NCBI GenBank assembly: GCA_037442365.1
Contig: JBBIQK010000005.1
Location: 1,137 to 65,136, forward strand
Length of the DNA: 64,000 nucleotides
Source of the DNA: Armatimonadota bacterium
GTDB lineage: Bacteria > Armatimonadota > Fimbriimonadia > Fimbriimonadales > GBS-DC
Reading direction: 5' to 3'
Shown here one piece after another: positions 28,835 to 38,807 of this stretch. A program made the position numbers and the translations under genes. Each line of letters starts with the position of its first letter. The first letter of the stretch is position 1. The notes beneath the pieces were generated by a model. It worked only from the letters and a program-made list of their open reading frames with translations. It did no database searches and was not told the origin of the DNA.

Positions 28835-28853
28835 TTAGGGACTTAAGTCCTAA
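28835..28853. promoter_or_regulatory. palindromic operator-like site upstream of fnr
   Basis: TTAGGGACTTAAGTCCTAA lies between a TATAAT (28808-28813) and the ggTACAAT box at 28870. Confidence 0.3.
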
Positions 28854-28869
28854 TTTGCCCCCTTTCGGG

Positions 28870-28875
28870 TACAAT
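28870..28875 (+). promoter_or_regulatory. -10 box (ggTACAAT) 8 nt upstream of the fnr ATG
   Basis: tcgggTACAATttgggcatATG. No SD is possible, so this looks leaderless. Confidence 0.5.
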
Positions 28876-28883
28876 TTGGGCAT

Positions 28884-29879
28884 ATGCATTCCGACCTCTA
28901 CGACATCACGATTATCGGCGGCGGTCCGGTGGGCTTGTTTGGCGCGTTCTACGCGGGGCTGCGCGGGATGCGCGTCAAAATCATCGACAGCCTGCCTGAG
29001 CTGGGAGGGCAGCTCACCGCGCTTTACCCCGAAAAGTATGTGTACGATATGCCCGGCTTTCCCGAAGTGCTGGCGAAAGACCTCGCGCGGGAGATGATTC
29101 GCCAGGCGCTGCGCTTCAAGCCGACGGTATGCCTCGAGGAGCGCGCTGAGACGCTCACCCGTATCGATGAGGGCTGGACGATTACGACTCACACAGGGCA
29201 GGCGCACCATACACGCGCCGTTGTTATCTGCGCGGGGGCGGGCGCGTTCTCCCCGCGCAAGCTGAACGCCGAAGGCGTCGCCGCGTTCGAGGGCAACGGC
29301 ATCTACTACGGCGTGCGCGAGAAATCAATTTTTGCGGGCAAGCGGCTGCTGATTGTCGGCGGCGGCGACTCCGCAGTGGACTGGGCGCTGAACCTCTACC
29401 CGATTGCTCACGAGGTCACCCTCATCCACCGCCGCGACGAGTTCCGCGCCCACGAGCAGAGCGTGCAGGAGCTGCGCCGCTCGCCCGTGAAACTGTTGAC
29501 CCCCTACGAACTGCGACGAGTCTGCGGGAACGGCAGCGTCGAGCGCGCCGTCATCTTCCACAACAAAACGCAGGAAGAGATTGAATTGCCTGTGGATGCC
29601 GTCATTCTGAATCTGGGCTTCGTCGCGACGCTGGGACCCATCAAAAGCTGGGGGCTGGAGTTGCAGGGCAACCAGATTGTGGTGGACGAATACATGCAGA
29701 CGAACCTGCCCGGCGTGTACGCGGCGGGCGATGTGTGTACGCATCGGGGCAAGTTGAAGCTCATCGCCACGGGCGTCGGCGAGGTCTGCACCGCCGTCAA
29801 TCACGCTAAGAGCGTCATCGACCCCACCGCCAAAATGTTTCCCGGACACAGCAGCGACATGGAGCTGCCTGCGTTGTGA
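28884..29879 (+). CDS. ferredoxin-NADP+ reductase, thioredoxin-reductase-like (type 2)
   Basis: YDITIIGGGPVGLFGAFYAGLRGM...LGGQLTALYPEKYVYDMPGFP...IVGGGDSAVDWA...GVYAAGDV matches YumC-type FNR. Confidence 0.9.
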   Translation: MHSDLYDITIIGGGPVGLFGAFYAGLRGMRVKIIDSLPELGGQLTALYPEKYVYDMPGFPEVLAKDLAREMIRQALRFKPTVCLEERAETLTRIDEGWTITTHTGQAHHTRAVVICAGAGAFSPRKLNAEGVAAFEGNGIYYGVREKSIFAGKRLLIVGGGDSAVDWALNLYPIAHEVTLIHRRDEFRAHEQSVQELRRSPVKLLTPYELRRVCGNGSVERAVIFHNKTQEEIELPVDAVILNLGFVATLGPIKSWGLELQGNQIVVDEYMQTNLPGVYAAGDVCTHRGKLKLIATGVGEVCTAVNHAKSVIDPTAKMFPGHSSDMELPAL

Positions 29880-31063
29880 AAATATCAGAGAAACAGATGA
29901 TAGTTCTGGATGGAAAAGTTCAGGGATTGAGCTTTCGTGGACAGCCTGCAGAGCTGCCCATCTATGAGTGGAATAGCTTCGACATCAACTCCATTCGTCA
30001 CGCCTGCAAAGTGAGTTTCCCTGACGGAACTGCAGTTGCTCTGTCGCGTTGGACAGGTCCGAAGAGGACTCGCACATATCCTCTCGCGAGTTTGTACGAT
30101 GCCTATTCCTATTCAGGAAAAATTATCACGGTCATCCCTATTGTAAAAGATGAGGGGCTTGGAGAACGCAAAAACGACTCGAACCTGGATAGAGTTAACT
30201 TCATCACGCTTTCGTGGATGAGCCTGATGAACATCTACATAATCCTTGCCTGGTACAACGAAGCTAAGAAGAAAAGCGACTCCCGAATCACATGTCAGAA
30301 GATTCAAAACAATCATGTGAAACAAAAGATACAGGAAATTTTAGCGTATAGACAAGATGCCCACCACTGGAACCAGAAGCATTTTACTGAGGAGTTCATA
30401 CCGATTTATCAATCTGCAATTGAAAGTTATGAGACGATTGGTCGTGAACTCAAGGTTCAGATGCACGACCGTAAGATTCACGAAGAATACCTTCGGCGGG
30501 TTCGCTGTGAAAATCAGGAGAATACGCTGAACCTTGAGCGATTCAAGCAAATTTCACTTGCAAGGTCGCACCAATCCGCGATTACCGAAACCAGAACAGA
30601 GCACGCGCTGGAGTCGCGGGGGAATTTTCCGAAACCGCTTTTCAGAATCGTGAATAATCTTGGCGGACACTACTACCTGACGGCAGACGAGGTGGAGTTT
30701 ATTGACGAAAGTGAGGTAGTTATCCGAGAGAATAAGAATACGACCAGAGCTATTTTACCCTCGATGCCTGACATCAAAGACGGATTATTCAAGTTGTTGC
30801 TCTATTCCCAGCTCAGCGAGCTGCGACATGGCGATCAGCAACTTCGTTTCAGGGCGCAGCTGTGCCTTTCTGGAAGATTTCAGGGTGAGCTGCAACTGCC
30901 GGCAGAGTCTGGGGCGATTGAGCGTTTTCTGCAACAGTTCAAAAGTCGCGGCAGCTCGTTGCAGCAACGACTTCACTGGCTAAATCGTGAGCTGAAATTG
31001 CTTGGAATCGAGGGCATTCTCAAGCCAGCCAGAACCGTAGGCGGCGACGGAGGCGAGTCATGA
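29876..31063 (+). CDS. putative type II restriction endonuclease (PD-ExK)
   Basis: Low-GC ORF. The GTG start overlaps the fnr stop (alternative ATG at 29897). The C-terminal half has LTADEVEFIDESEVVIRENKN, a D...ExK nuclease motif. The stop overlaps the start of the Dam-class methyltransferase (ATGA). Confidence 0.6.
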   Translation: MKISEKQMIVLDGKVQGLSFRGQPAELPIYEWNSFDINSIRHACKVSFPDGTAVALSRWTGPKRTRTYPLASLYDAYSYSGKIITVIPIVKDEGLGERKNDSNLDRVNFITLSWMSLMNIYIILAWYNEAKKKSDSRITCQKIQNNHVKQKIQEILAYRQDAHHWNQKHFTEEFIPIYQSAIESYETIGRELKVQMHDRKIHEEYLRRVRCENQENTLNLERFKQISLARSHQSAITETRTEHALESRGNFPKPLFRIVNNLGGHYYLTADEVEFIDESEVVIRENKNTTRAILPSMPDIKDGLFKLLLYSQLSELRHGDQQLRFRAQLCLSGRFQGELQLPAESGAIERFLQQFKSRGSSLQQRLHWLNRELKLLGIEGILKPARTVGGDGGES

Positions 31064-31983
31064 TCAAAAGTCCCCTGCGTTTTCCAGGAGGCAAGTCGCG
31101 CGCCATTGCGCAAATGTTGCCTCTGATACCGGAATTTGAGGAGTATCGTGAGCCGATGGTGGGCGGTGGATCGCTCTTTCTGACGCTCAGGCAAAAATAC
31201 CCCCATCGGCGCTACTGGATTAATGACATTAACTACGAACTTTACTGCTTTTGGAAAATCGCTCAGGAGGACGCAGATGCACTGGCAAACGCTGTGCATC
31301 GCGTGCGAGAGGAAACCGCGGATGGACGCATACTTTTTTATCGTTTGCTGGAGAATTACGGACATGGAAGCGAGTTCGAGCGCGCGGTGCGTTTTTTTGT
31401 GTTGAACCGAATCACTTTTTCGGGCACTGTGGATTCTGGAGGATATTCCGAGCAAGCATTCCGAGCGCGGTTCACACCGTCGTCGATTGAACGCATACGC
31501 CCTCTGGGGCGTCTCCTACGAGGCGTGCAAATTACCTGTCAAGATTACGAACCTGTGGTTCAGGCGACTGGCGAAAGCGTGTTCATCTACCTCGATCCTC
31601 CGTATTACTCTGCAGCGGAGTCGCGGCTCTATGGCAAGCGCGGAGAGCTGCATCTGCAGTTCAATCACCAGCGTCTGCGCACTATTCTGCGTCAGATTCC
31701 TCACAAATGGCTACTCACCTACGACGACTGTTCCTACATTCGGAATCTTTATGGCGACTGCACAATCTTACAGTGGACGCTGCAATATGGGATGAATAAT
31801 TACAAGCAGGCTCGCGCCCTTCCGGGCAGGGAACTATTCATCGCGAACTATCTGGGAAGCCAGTCTCTTAACCAGCTGATATTGACTCTTGAAAGAGGCA
31901 GCGTGCAGTATGCGGTTGTAAGTGAACAACCCGTGCCTGATTCAGAGCAGCGTCCAGCAGAAGAGCATCCAGCGAAAGCGTAG
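31060..31983 (+). CDS. N6-adenine DNA methyltransferase, Dam/D12 (alpha) class
   Basis: LRFPGGKSRAIAQMLPLIP, EPMVGGGSLFL (motif I), then IYLDPPYY (motif IV). The motif order is that of alpha-class m6A methyltransferases. Confidence 0.9.
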   Translation: MIKSPLRFPGGKSRAIAQMLPLIPEFEEYREPMVGGGSLFLTLRQKYPHRRYWINDINYELYCFWKIAQEDADALANAVHRVREETADGRILFYRLLENYGHGSEFERAVRFFVLNRITFSGTVDSGGYSEQAFRARFTPSSIERIRPLGRLLRGVQITCQDYEPVVQATGESVFIYLDPPYYSAAESRLYGKRGELHLQFNHQRLRTILRQIPHKWLLTYDDCSYIRNLYGDCTILQWTLQYGMNNYKQARALPGRELFIANYLGSQSLNQLILTLERGSVQYAVVSEQPVPDSEQRPAEEHPAKA

Positions 31984-32013
31984 TCGGAAATGGCGGAGCA
32001 CCGCGCCCAAGGG

Positions 32014-32019
32014 TATAAT
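32014..32019 (+). promoter_or_regulatory. -10 box (gggTATAAT) upstream of glmU
   Basis: caagggTATAATactcgcgcggtcgggagtctgcacATG. Confidence 0.4.
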
Positions 32020-32043
32020 ACTCGCGCGGTCGGGAGTCTGCAC

Positions 32044-33444
32044 ATGGCGTCCACACCGGTAGCAATCGTGATGGCGGCGGGTAAGGGTACCCGCATGAAA
32101 TCGGAGCGTCCCAAGGCGATTACACCGCTGCTGGGTCAACCGCTTGCCAGTTATGTGTTGCGCGCGCTGGAGGCGGCGGGCGCCGCGCCCATCATCGTGG
32201 TGGTGGGACACGGCGCGGAAGAGGTGCAGCGCGCGCTCGGCGAACGCTACCTGTACGCCCTTCAGGCGGAGCAGCTCGGCACAGGGCACGCCGTGATGCA
32301 GGCGGTTCCCTACCTTCCCCCAGAGGCGACCCATGTGCTGATTGCCGCGGGCGACTCGCCGCTTATCACCCCCGATGTGTTCCATGCGTTGCTGGAGACT
32401 GCCCAGCAGACGGACGCCGCGTGCGTGCTGGCGACCGCCGTGCTGGACGACCCCACGGGCTACGGGCGTATCCTGCGCGCCCCAACAGGCGATGTGATGG
32501 GCATCGTGGAAGAGAAGGACGCCACGCCCGACCAGAAAGCGATTCGCGAGGTCTGCACCTCGTTTTACTGTTTTCGCACGGACGCGCTCCGCGACGCCCT
32601 GCCCCGCCTGAGCAACCAGAACGCGCAGGGCGAATATTATCTGACCGACACGATTGGCGTGCTGACGGCGATGGGCGCGCGCGTGGTCGCGTGGCAGTCG
32701 CCTGACCCGACCCTGCTGCTGGGCGTCAACACGCGCTGGGAACTCGCGCAGGTCGGACACGCGCTGCGGATGCGCCTGCTACGCCAGCTCTGCATGGAAG
32801 GCGTCACGATTGTAGACCCTGCCAGCACCTACATCGAGCCGACTGTGCGCATCGGACGCGACACGGTCATCGAGCCGAACACGCACCTGCGCGGCGAGAC
32901 CGTCGTCGGCGAGAACTGCACGCTGGGACCCGACCTGTACCTGCAGGACTGCACGGTGGGCGACGGCTGCCATCTCTTTCGATCGCATATCGTGGGGGCG
33001 CGGCTCGACTCGCAGGTCTCGGTGGGACCGTTCGCACACATTCGTCCCGGCACTGTGCTGCATACGGGCGTTCGGGTGGGCGATTTCGTGGAAATTAAAA
33101 ATGTGGAAGTCGGCGAGGGCACGAAAGTGCTGCACCTGACCTACCTGGGCGACGCGACAATCGGCAAGCACACCAACATCGGCGCGGGCACGATTACCTG
33201 CAACTACGACGGCGAGCGCAAACACCGCACGGTGATTGGCGACGGCGTGTTCGTCGGGTCGCACGCGACTCTGGTGGCGCCCCTGACAATTGGCGACGGC
33301 GCGTATATCGCCGCAGGCAGCCCCATCACCGACGATGTGCCCCCCGAATCGCTGGCAATCGCCCGCAGTTATCAAACGGTTAAGGCAGGATGGGTGCGCA
33401 AACGGCGCGAATCTAAACAAGGCGCGGGAGGCAACGAACAATGA
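32044..33444 (+). CDS. glmU: bifunctional UDP-N-acetylglucosamine pyrophosphorylase / GlcN-1-P N-acetyltransferase
   Basis: AIVMAAGKGTRMKS...LGTGHAV N-terminal domain plus a left-handed beta-helix hexapeptide C-terminal domain (NIGAGTITCNYDG). Start moved to ATG 32044. Confidence 0.95.
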   Translation: MASTPVAIVMAAGKGTRMKSERPKAITPLLGQPLASYVLRALEAAGAAPIIVVVGHGAEEVQRALGERYLYALQAEQLGTGHAVMQAVPYLPPEATHVLIAAGDSPLITPDVFHALLETAQQTDAACVLATAVLDDPTGYGRILRAPTGDVMGIVEEKDATPDQKAIREVCTSFYCFRTDALRDALPRLSNQNAQGEYYLTDTIGVLTAMGARVVAWQSPDPTLLLGVNTRWELAQVGHALRMRLLRQLCMEGVTIVDPASTYIEPTVRIGRDTVIEPNTHLRGETVVGENCTLGPDLYLQDCTVGDGCHLFRSHIVGARLDSQVSVGPFAHIRPGTVLHTGVRVGDFVEIKNVEVGEGTKVLHLTYLGDATIGKHTNIGAGTITCNYDGERKHRTVIGDGVFVGSHATLVAPLTIGDGAYIAAGSPITDDVPPESLAIARSYQTVKAGWVRKRRESKQGAGGNEQ

Positions 33445-34400
33445 ATAACGGGCAGGAGATTCTATTGTTTGGCGGCAACGCCAACCCCGAGCTGGCAGAG
33501 AGGATTGCAAGCTATTTAGGGCGACCGCTGGGGCAGATGATTTGCACGCGCTTTGCGGACGGCGAGGTGCGCGTGCAGGTGCTGGAGAGCGCGCGCGGGA
33601 TGGATGTGTTCGTCGTGCAGTCCACCTGCGCCCCCGTGAATGACAACCTGATGGAGTTGCTTGTGCTACTGGACGCCTTCCGACGGGCGTCGGCGCGGCG
33701 CATCACCGCCGTCATCCCCTACTACGGCTATGCGCGACAGGATAAGAAAATCAAGCCGCGCGAACCCATCACGGCGCGCTTGGTGGCAGACCTGATTACC
33801 GAAGCGGGCGCGACGCGCGTGATTGCCGTCGACCTGCACGCCGAGCAGATTCAGGGCTTTTTCGACATCCCCGTGGATCACCTGTACGCGGGACCGATTA
33901 TCGCCGAATACCTGATGGCGCAGGGCTACCATGAGCAGAACATCGTGGTCGTTTCGCCCGATGTGGCGGGCGTGCCGCGCGCCCGCTCGCTGGCGGAAGC
34001 GCTCGACGCGCCGATCGCCATCATCGCCAAGCGACGCCCCGAACCCAACAAGGTCGAGGTGATGGAAATCATCGGCGATGTGGAGGGGCGCATCGCGATT
34101 ATGATTGACGATATGATCGACACGGGCGGCTCGGTCGTGCAGGGCGCGGAGGCGCTGCTCAAACGCGGCGCGGTGAGCGTGATTGCGGCGTGTACGCACC
34201 CCGTCTTTTCGGGCAGCGCGCCGCAGCGACTCGCCGAATCGCCCATCGAGAAGGTCATCTGCACGGACACCATCCCTGTGCCGCCGCACAAGCAGTTCGA
34301 CAAACTCGTGCGCCTGTCGGTCGCACCCCTGCTCGGCGAGGCAATCAAGCGCATTCACCACGACGAGTCGGTCAGCGAACTGTTCCAGAACTATCGGTGA
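33441..34400 (+). CDS. prs: ribose-phosphate pyrophosphokinase
   Basis: FADGEVRVQVLESARGMDVFVVQS...YYGYARQDKK...DLHAEQIQGFF...MIDDMIDTGGS. The ATG overlaps the glmU stop. Confidence 0.95.
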   Translation: MNNGQEILLFGGNANPELAERIASYLGRPLGQMICTRFADGEVRVQVLESARGMDVFVVQSTCAPVNDNLMELLVLLDAFRRASARRITAVIPYYGYARQDKKIKPREPITARLVADLITEAGATRVIAVDLHAEQIQGFFDIPVDHLYAGPIIAEYLMAQGYHEQNIVVVSPDVAGVPRARSLAEALDAPIAIIAKRRPEPNKVEVMEIIGDVEGRIAIMIDDMIDTGGSVVQGAEALLKRGAVSVIAACTHPVFSGSAPQRLAESPIEKVICTDTIPVPPHKQFDKLVRLSVAPLLGEAIKRIHHDESVSELFQNYR

Positions 34401-35296
34401 AACACATCGTCTCGGTCAGTCTCGGCTCGTCGAAGCGGGACAAGCGCAGCGAGGTCGTGATTGCGGGAGAGCCGTTCCTGATTGAGCGCATCGGCACGGA
34501 CGGCGACCTGCGCCGTTTTCAGCAGATGTTCGCGACGCTGGACGGTACCGTCGATGCGCTGGGCATTGGCGGCGCTGACCTCTATATCTGGGTGGGCAAC
34601 CGCCGCTACACCTTCCGCTCGATTCAGCGATTGGTTTCCGTTGCGCGACAAACCCCTGTGGTGGACGGCAGCGGTCTCAAAAACACGCTGGAGCGTGAGG
34701 CGCTGCGCTGGGTGCAGGAGCGCCAGGTTGTAGACCTCTCGCGCAGCACGGTGTTGCTGGTCGCCGCCGTCGATCGGTTCGGCATGGCGCAGGAGCTGGC
34801 GCACCTCGCGCGGCGCGTGATTTACGGCGACCTCGTGTTCGCGGTCGGGTTGCCCCTCCCCATCCGCTCCTATCGCACGGTGGAGATTCTGGGCAGGTTG
34901 CTGCTGCCGATTATCACGCGCCTGCCGTTCCAGTGGTTCTACCCCACGGGCGAGAAGCAGGAGAAGCGCACGCCCCGCGCCGCGCGCCTGTTCGAGGAAG
35001 CCGATATGATTGCGGGCGACTGGCACTACATCCGCCGCTATATGCCCGACCGCATCCCTGGCAAGACCGTCCTCACGAACACGGTGCGTCGGGCGGATAT
35101 TGAGTTCCTGCGCGAGGCGGGGGCGGCGCGTGTGATTACCACCACGCCCGTGATTGAGGGCGAGAGCTTCGCCACGAATGTGATGGAGGGCGTGATTGTC
35201 GCGCTCACGGGACGCCGCCCCGAAACGCTGACGCCCGACGACTACCGCGCCGCCCTGTGCCAGCTCGAATGGACGCCCAGCGTCATCGAGTTGTGA
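34397..35296 (+). CDS. conserved hypothetical protein (family sometimes annotated quinate 5-dehydrogenase-like)
   Basis: GTG 34397 overlaps the prs stop. VSVSLGSSKRDKRSEVVIAGEPFLIERIGTDGD is the N-terminal pattern I associate with that family. Function is unclear. Confidence 0.55.
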   Translation: MKHIVSVSLGSSKRDKRSEVVIAGEPFLIERIGTDGDLRRFQQMFATLDGTVDALGIGGADLYIWVGNRRYTFRSIQRLVSVARQTPVVDGSGLKNTLEREALRWVQERQVVDLSRSTVLLVAAVDRFGMAQELAHLARRVIYGDLVFAVGLPLPIRSYRTVEILGRLLLPIITRLPFQWFYPTGEKQEKRTPRAARLFEEADMIAGDWHYIRRYMPDRIPGKTVLTNTVRRADIEFLREAGAARVITTTPVIEGESFATNVMEGVIVALTGRRPETLTPDDYRAALCQLEWTPSVIEL

Positions 35297-35309
35297 GCCG
35301 CCTATCGGA

Positions 35310-35315
35310 TACAAT
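35310..35315 (+). promoter_or_regulatory. -10 box (ggaTACAAT) upstream of the decarboxylase gene
   Basis: cggaTACAATccatgcccgtATG, with 10 nt to ATG 35326. Confidence 0.4.
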
Positions 35316-35325
35316 CCATGCCCGT

Positions 35326-36768
35326 ATGAGCGACCCTACTCATGATTCGAAGCGACCGCTGGAGCTGGACGCCGACACGATGCGCCAGATGGGCTATCGG
35401 GTCATCGATCTGCTGGTAGACTACTGGCAGAGTCTGCCGAATCGTCCGATAGGCGCACGCGCCGACCGCGCAACGCTGGAGTCGCTTCTGACGGAGCCGA
35501 CGCCCACTACCCCACAGCCCTTTGAGCAGTCGCTGGACGAGTTTCTGCAGAAGGTGCTGCCCCACCTCATCAAAGTCGACCATCCGCGCTACTTCGCGTT
35601 TGTGCCTGCGCCGAACGAGTATGTCGGCGTGCTGGCGGATGTGATTGCGGCGGGGATGCACATCTTCGTGGGCACATGGATGGTGGGCGCGGGCGCAACG
35701 CAGGTCGAGCGGGTGGTCATCCGCTGGCTGTGCGACTGGTTCGGGCTGCCTGAGACGGCGGGCGGGCTGTTTGTCAGCGGCGGCTCGGTCGCGAATCTGG
35801 TGTGTCTGGCGGCGGCGCGCCAGCGCTACCCCGATGCGCTCACACGCGGCAGGGTCTACTGCTCCGACCAGACCCACTCGTGCGTGGCGCGCGCATGGCG
35901 CATTCTGGGACTGCGCGAGGAGCAGATGTGCGTGCTGCCCGCCGATGAGAACTTCCAGATTCCGCTGGACGCACTGCAGGCGCAGATTCAGCGCGACCGC
36001 GCGGCGGGCTGGCTGCCGTTTTGTGTGGCAGCGAACGCGGGCACAACCAACACAGGCGCGGTAGACCCCCTGCACGCGCTTGCAGACCTATGCGCGCAGG
36101 AGGGGCTATGGCTGCACGCCGACGGCGCGTATGGCGCGGCGGCAATCCTCACGGAAGAGGGCAAGCAACGCCTGCAGGGCATCGAACGGCTCGACTCGCT
36201 GGCGGTAGACCCGCACAAGTGGCTCTATCAGCCGATGATGGCAGGCTGCGCGATTGTGCGCGTGTTCGAACACCTGCGCGACGCCTTCCGTATCCTGCCG
36301 TCGTACCTGCAGGACAAGGAGCGCGGCGCGGTCGGCGTGGACATGTGCGACTACGGCGTCGAGCTGTCGCGCAACTTCCGCGCGTTCAAGGTGTGGCTCT
36401 CGCTCAAGACGCACGGGGTGGAGGCGTTCCGTCAGGCGATGGAGCATAACCTGCATCTGGCGCAGGTTGCGGAGCAGGCGTTGCGCGCGCGTCCGCACTG
36501 GGCGATTGTCTCGCCCGCGACGATGGGCATCGTGGCGTTCCGCTACGCGCCGCCAGACTGGGATGCAGAGCGCGCCGATGCGTTGAACCGCGCGCTGGTG
36601 GACGCCATGATTGCCGACGGCTACGCGATGGTCAGCTCCACCGTACTGCGCGGGCGCGTCGCGCTACGGATGTGTACGCTCAGCTATCGCGCGACGGAGG
36701 ACGATGTGCATGAGACGGTGCGCCGCCTCAGCGCGTTCGCCGAGCGCCTCACCCACGCGGCGAGATGA
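35326..36768 (+). CDS. PLP-dependent group II decarboxylase (aromatic amino acid / tyrosine decarboxylase-like)
   Basis: HPRYFAFVPAP..., SGGSVANL, LHADGAYG, SLAVDPHKWLYQP (PLP-lysine motif). Confidence 0.85.
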   Translation: MSDPTHDSKRPLELDADTMRQMGYRVIDLLVDYWQSLPNRPIGARADRATLESLLTEPTPTTPQPFEQSLDEFLQKVLPHLIKVDHPRYFAFVPAPNEYVGVLADVIAAGMHIFVGTWMVGAGATQVERVVIRWLCDWFGLPETAGGLFVSGGSVANLVCLAAARQRYPDALTRGRVYCSDQTHSCVARAWRILGLREEQMCVLPADENFQIPLDALQAQIQRDRAAGWLPFCVAANAGTTNTGAVDPLHALADLCAQEGLWLHADGAYGAAAILTEEGKQRLQGIERLDSLAVDPHKWLYQPMMAGCAIVRVFEHLRDAFRILPSYLQDKERGAVGVDMCDYGVELSRNFRAFKVWLSLKTHGVEAFRQAMEHNLHLAQVAEQALRARPHWAIVSPATMGIVAFRYAPPDWDAERADALNRALVDAMIADGYAMVSSTVLRGRVALRMCTLSYRATEDDVHETVRRLSAFAERLTHAAR

Positions 36769-37378
36769 CCACATAGCGGTTCGGCTCCTCGCCCTCGCTG
36801 TAGGTCAACACTTCGGGGTCATCCTTGAGCGCCTGATGCACGATTCGCCGCTCGTGCGGGGGCATCGGGGGCAACACCGCCTCCTCACCGCGCGCTTTGA
36901 CCTCGTTTGCGATTGCAATCACCTGATTGCGCAGGCGTTCCGTGCGTCGGCGTCGCCAGCCCGCGCCGTCAAGCGTCACGCGCACCTGCGGTTCTGTCAC
37001 GCGTGGCACGATGTTGTTCAGCAGAAACTGCAGGCGATCCAGCACCTCGCCGTTTTTGCCCACCAGCACATTCGCGTCGCGCCCCACCAGCTCCACTTCC
37101 ACATAGCGTCCGTGCGAGCCGCGCAGCACCGCCTGCACTTGCAGCGGCAGGCGGCGCACAAAATGGCTGATATAGTCCGCCACTTTGCGGGCGACCTGCG
37201 GGGTCACGACATACGGCGGCTCCTCTTCAATCAGCGTCGCACGCACGCGCGCAGGGCTTTCCTCCAGCACTTCGAACTCCACCTGCGCGTTGCGTCCCAC
37301 GCCCAGCATCCCTAACGCCCTGCTCTTCGCCTCTTCCAGGGTGTTGCCCGTTGCTTCAACAGATGTCATCGTCTGCAT
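36749..37378 (-). CDS. jag: Jag/SpoIIIJ-associated RNA-binding protein (KH + R3H)
   Basis: LVGKNGEVLDRLQFLLN (KH) and MPPHERRIVHQALKDDPEVLTYSEGEEPNRYVVI (R3H). Last gene of the rpmH operon. Its 3' end overlaps the convergent decarboxylase gene by 20 nt. Confidence 0.85.
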   Translation of the reverse strand: MQTMTSVEATGNTLEEAKSRALGMLGVGRNAQVEFEVLEESPARVRATLIEEEPPYVVTPQVARKVADYISHFVRRLPLQVQAVLRGSHGRYVEVELVGRDANVLVGKNGEVLDRLQFLLNNIVPRVTEPQVRVTLDGAGWRRRRTERLRNQVIAIANEVKARGEEAVLPPMPPHERRIVHQALKDDPEVLTYSEGEEPNRYVVISPRG

Positions 37379-37390
37379 TGCCCTCCTTCT

Positions 37391-38566
37391 CTATTTGCGC
37401 TTCGAGCGTTTCTTCGGCGGCTGGTACCCACCGCTCGGCTTAGGTTTCTCTGCCGCGCCGTTGCGTCCTTCCTGCGCCTCGTCCACAGCGACTAACTCAG
37501 GCGCAGGCGTGCGCATATATAGCTTGTAATGTACGGTATAGAACACGTTCGTCAACAGCCAGTACAGGATAAACGCCGCGGGGAAACGGAACTGCCACGA
37601 GAAGACCATCAGCATCAGCGTCGTGAAGACCGCCATCGTCTTCTGCATTTGCGCCTGCGACGGGTCGGTGATGGTCAGGCGGCTGGTGATATACATACTC
37701 AGCGCGTAAATCAGCACCAGCGGCGCGTCGAACTGCCCCAGATGCGCGCCCACCATGCCTGGAAACCGCGCCGCCATATCAGGGTTGACCCACAGGAAGT
37801 GCCCGTCCCGAAACTGCACCTGATACACCAGAAAGGCGTTATACACCAGAATCAGGAACGGGATGGGCAGCAGCGCGTACAGACAGCCGCTCATGGGGTT
37901 CACGCCGTACTTTTTGTAGAGCGCCATCTGCCGCTGCATCAGCTCCTGCCCCGAATATTTCTGCTGCAGTTCGAGCAGTCGGGGCTGGAGCTGGAGCATC
38001 TTGCGCATGCTGGCGAACTGGCGATTGACCAGCGGCACCTGAATCAGGCGCACGACCGCCGCGATGAACAGGATTCCCAGAATGAACCGCGCGTCGCCTG
38101 CGAACCCGAACAGGCGCATCACGGCGTCCAGCGCCTGATAGCTGGGCAGCTGGCGGTTCTCCTGGTCAATCTGCACCGAGACTTTGTCCAGCAGGGGGCG
38201 TCCCTGCTCCTGATAGACCTTCGTGTTGGGGTACAGCTCCTCCAGCTGGCGCAGGCGATTGAACGCTTCGCGGGCGTCCTGTTTGTCTTCGTAGAAGATT
38301 TTCGCCTCGAGCAGGATGCCCAGTGCGCCGAACTCCGCGCCGCGATAGCGCGTCGCCAGCTCCTGTGCGCGGCGGGTCGCCTCCACATAATCTTTTTCCG
38401 CGCGCAGTTTCTCGATTTCGCGTACAATCTCGTCGGGCGGCTTGTCGCTGACGGGCGGGCGCGAGAAGTAGCTCCAGCCCATCAGCACCAGCAGCCAGAT
38501 AATCATCGAGATAACCAGCGTCTGGGTGAAGAGTTTTCTCTGATCAATAGGTTCCTGTTGCGCCAT
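37391..38566 (-). CDS. yidC: membrane protein insertase YidC
   Basis: [53 protein letters not shown]...[11 protein letters not shown] Oxa1/YidC core. Confidence 0.9.
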   Translation of the reverse strand: MAQQEPIDQRKLFTQTLVISMIIWLLVLMGWSYFSRPPVSDKPPDEIVREIEKLRAEKDYVEATRRAQELATRYRGAEFGALGILLEAKIFYEDKQDAREAFNRLRQLEELYPNTKVYQEQGRPLLDKVSVQIDQENRQLPSYQALDAVMRLFGFAGDARFILGILFIAAVVRLIQVPLVNRQFASMRKMLQLQPRLLELQQKYSGQELMQRQMALYKKYGVNPMSGCLYALLPIPFLILVYNAFLVYQVQFRDGHFLWVNPDMAARFPGMVGAHLGQFDAPLVLIYALSMYITSRLTITDPSQAQMQKTMAVFTTLMLMVFSWQFRFPAAFILYWLLTNVFYTVHYKLYMRTPAPELVAVDEAQEGRNGAAEKPKPSGGYQPPKKRSKRK

Positions 38567-38807
38567 GATGATTGCCTCGTGTTGTCAAATCGTCGGGCAC
38601 GGGGTCATAGCCGCCCTGCGCGAAGGGATGGCAGCGCAGGATGCGTTTCAGCCCCAGCCACAGTCCCCGCAGCGCCCCATACCGTTGAACGGCTTCCAGC
38701 GTATACTGGGAGCAGGTCGGATAGTAGCGGCAGGATGGGGGCGTCAGGCGCGAGATGCGCTGGTACATTCGAATCGCCGCCACAAGCAGTCGCGCGGGCA
38801 GGCTCAT
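38544..38807 (-). CDS. yidD: membrane protein insertion efficiency factor YidD
   Basis: [62 protein letters not shown]. Start set at ATG 38807. Confidence 0.88.
   Translation of the reverse strand: MSLPARLLVAAIRMYQRISRLTPPSCRYYPTCSQYTLEAVQRYGALRGLWLGLKRILRCHPFAQGGYDPVPDDLTTRGNHHGATGTY

Noticed and set aside
29876-31983. Integrase, transposase or flanking direct repeats defining the R-M island as a mobile element
   Set aside because: I found none. The island boundaries coincide with the fnr stop and the glmU promoter, with no att-like repeats visible, so it is reported only as a compositional island.
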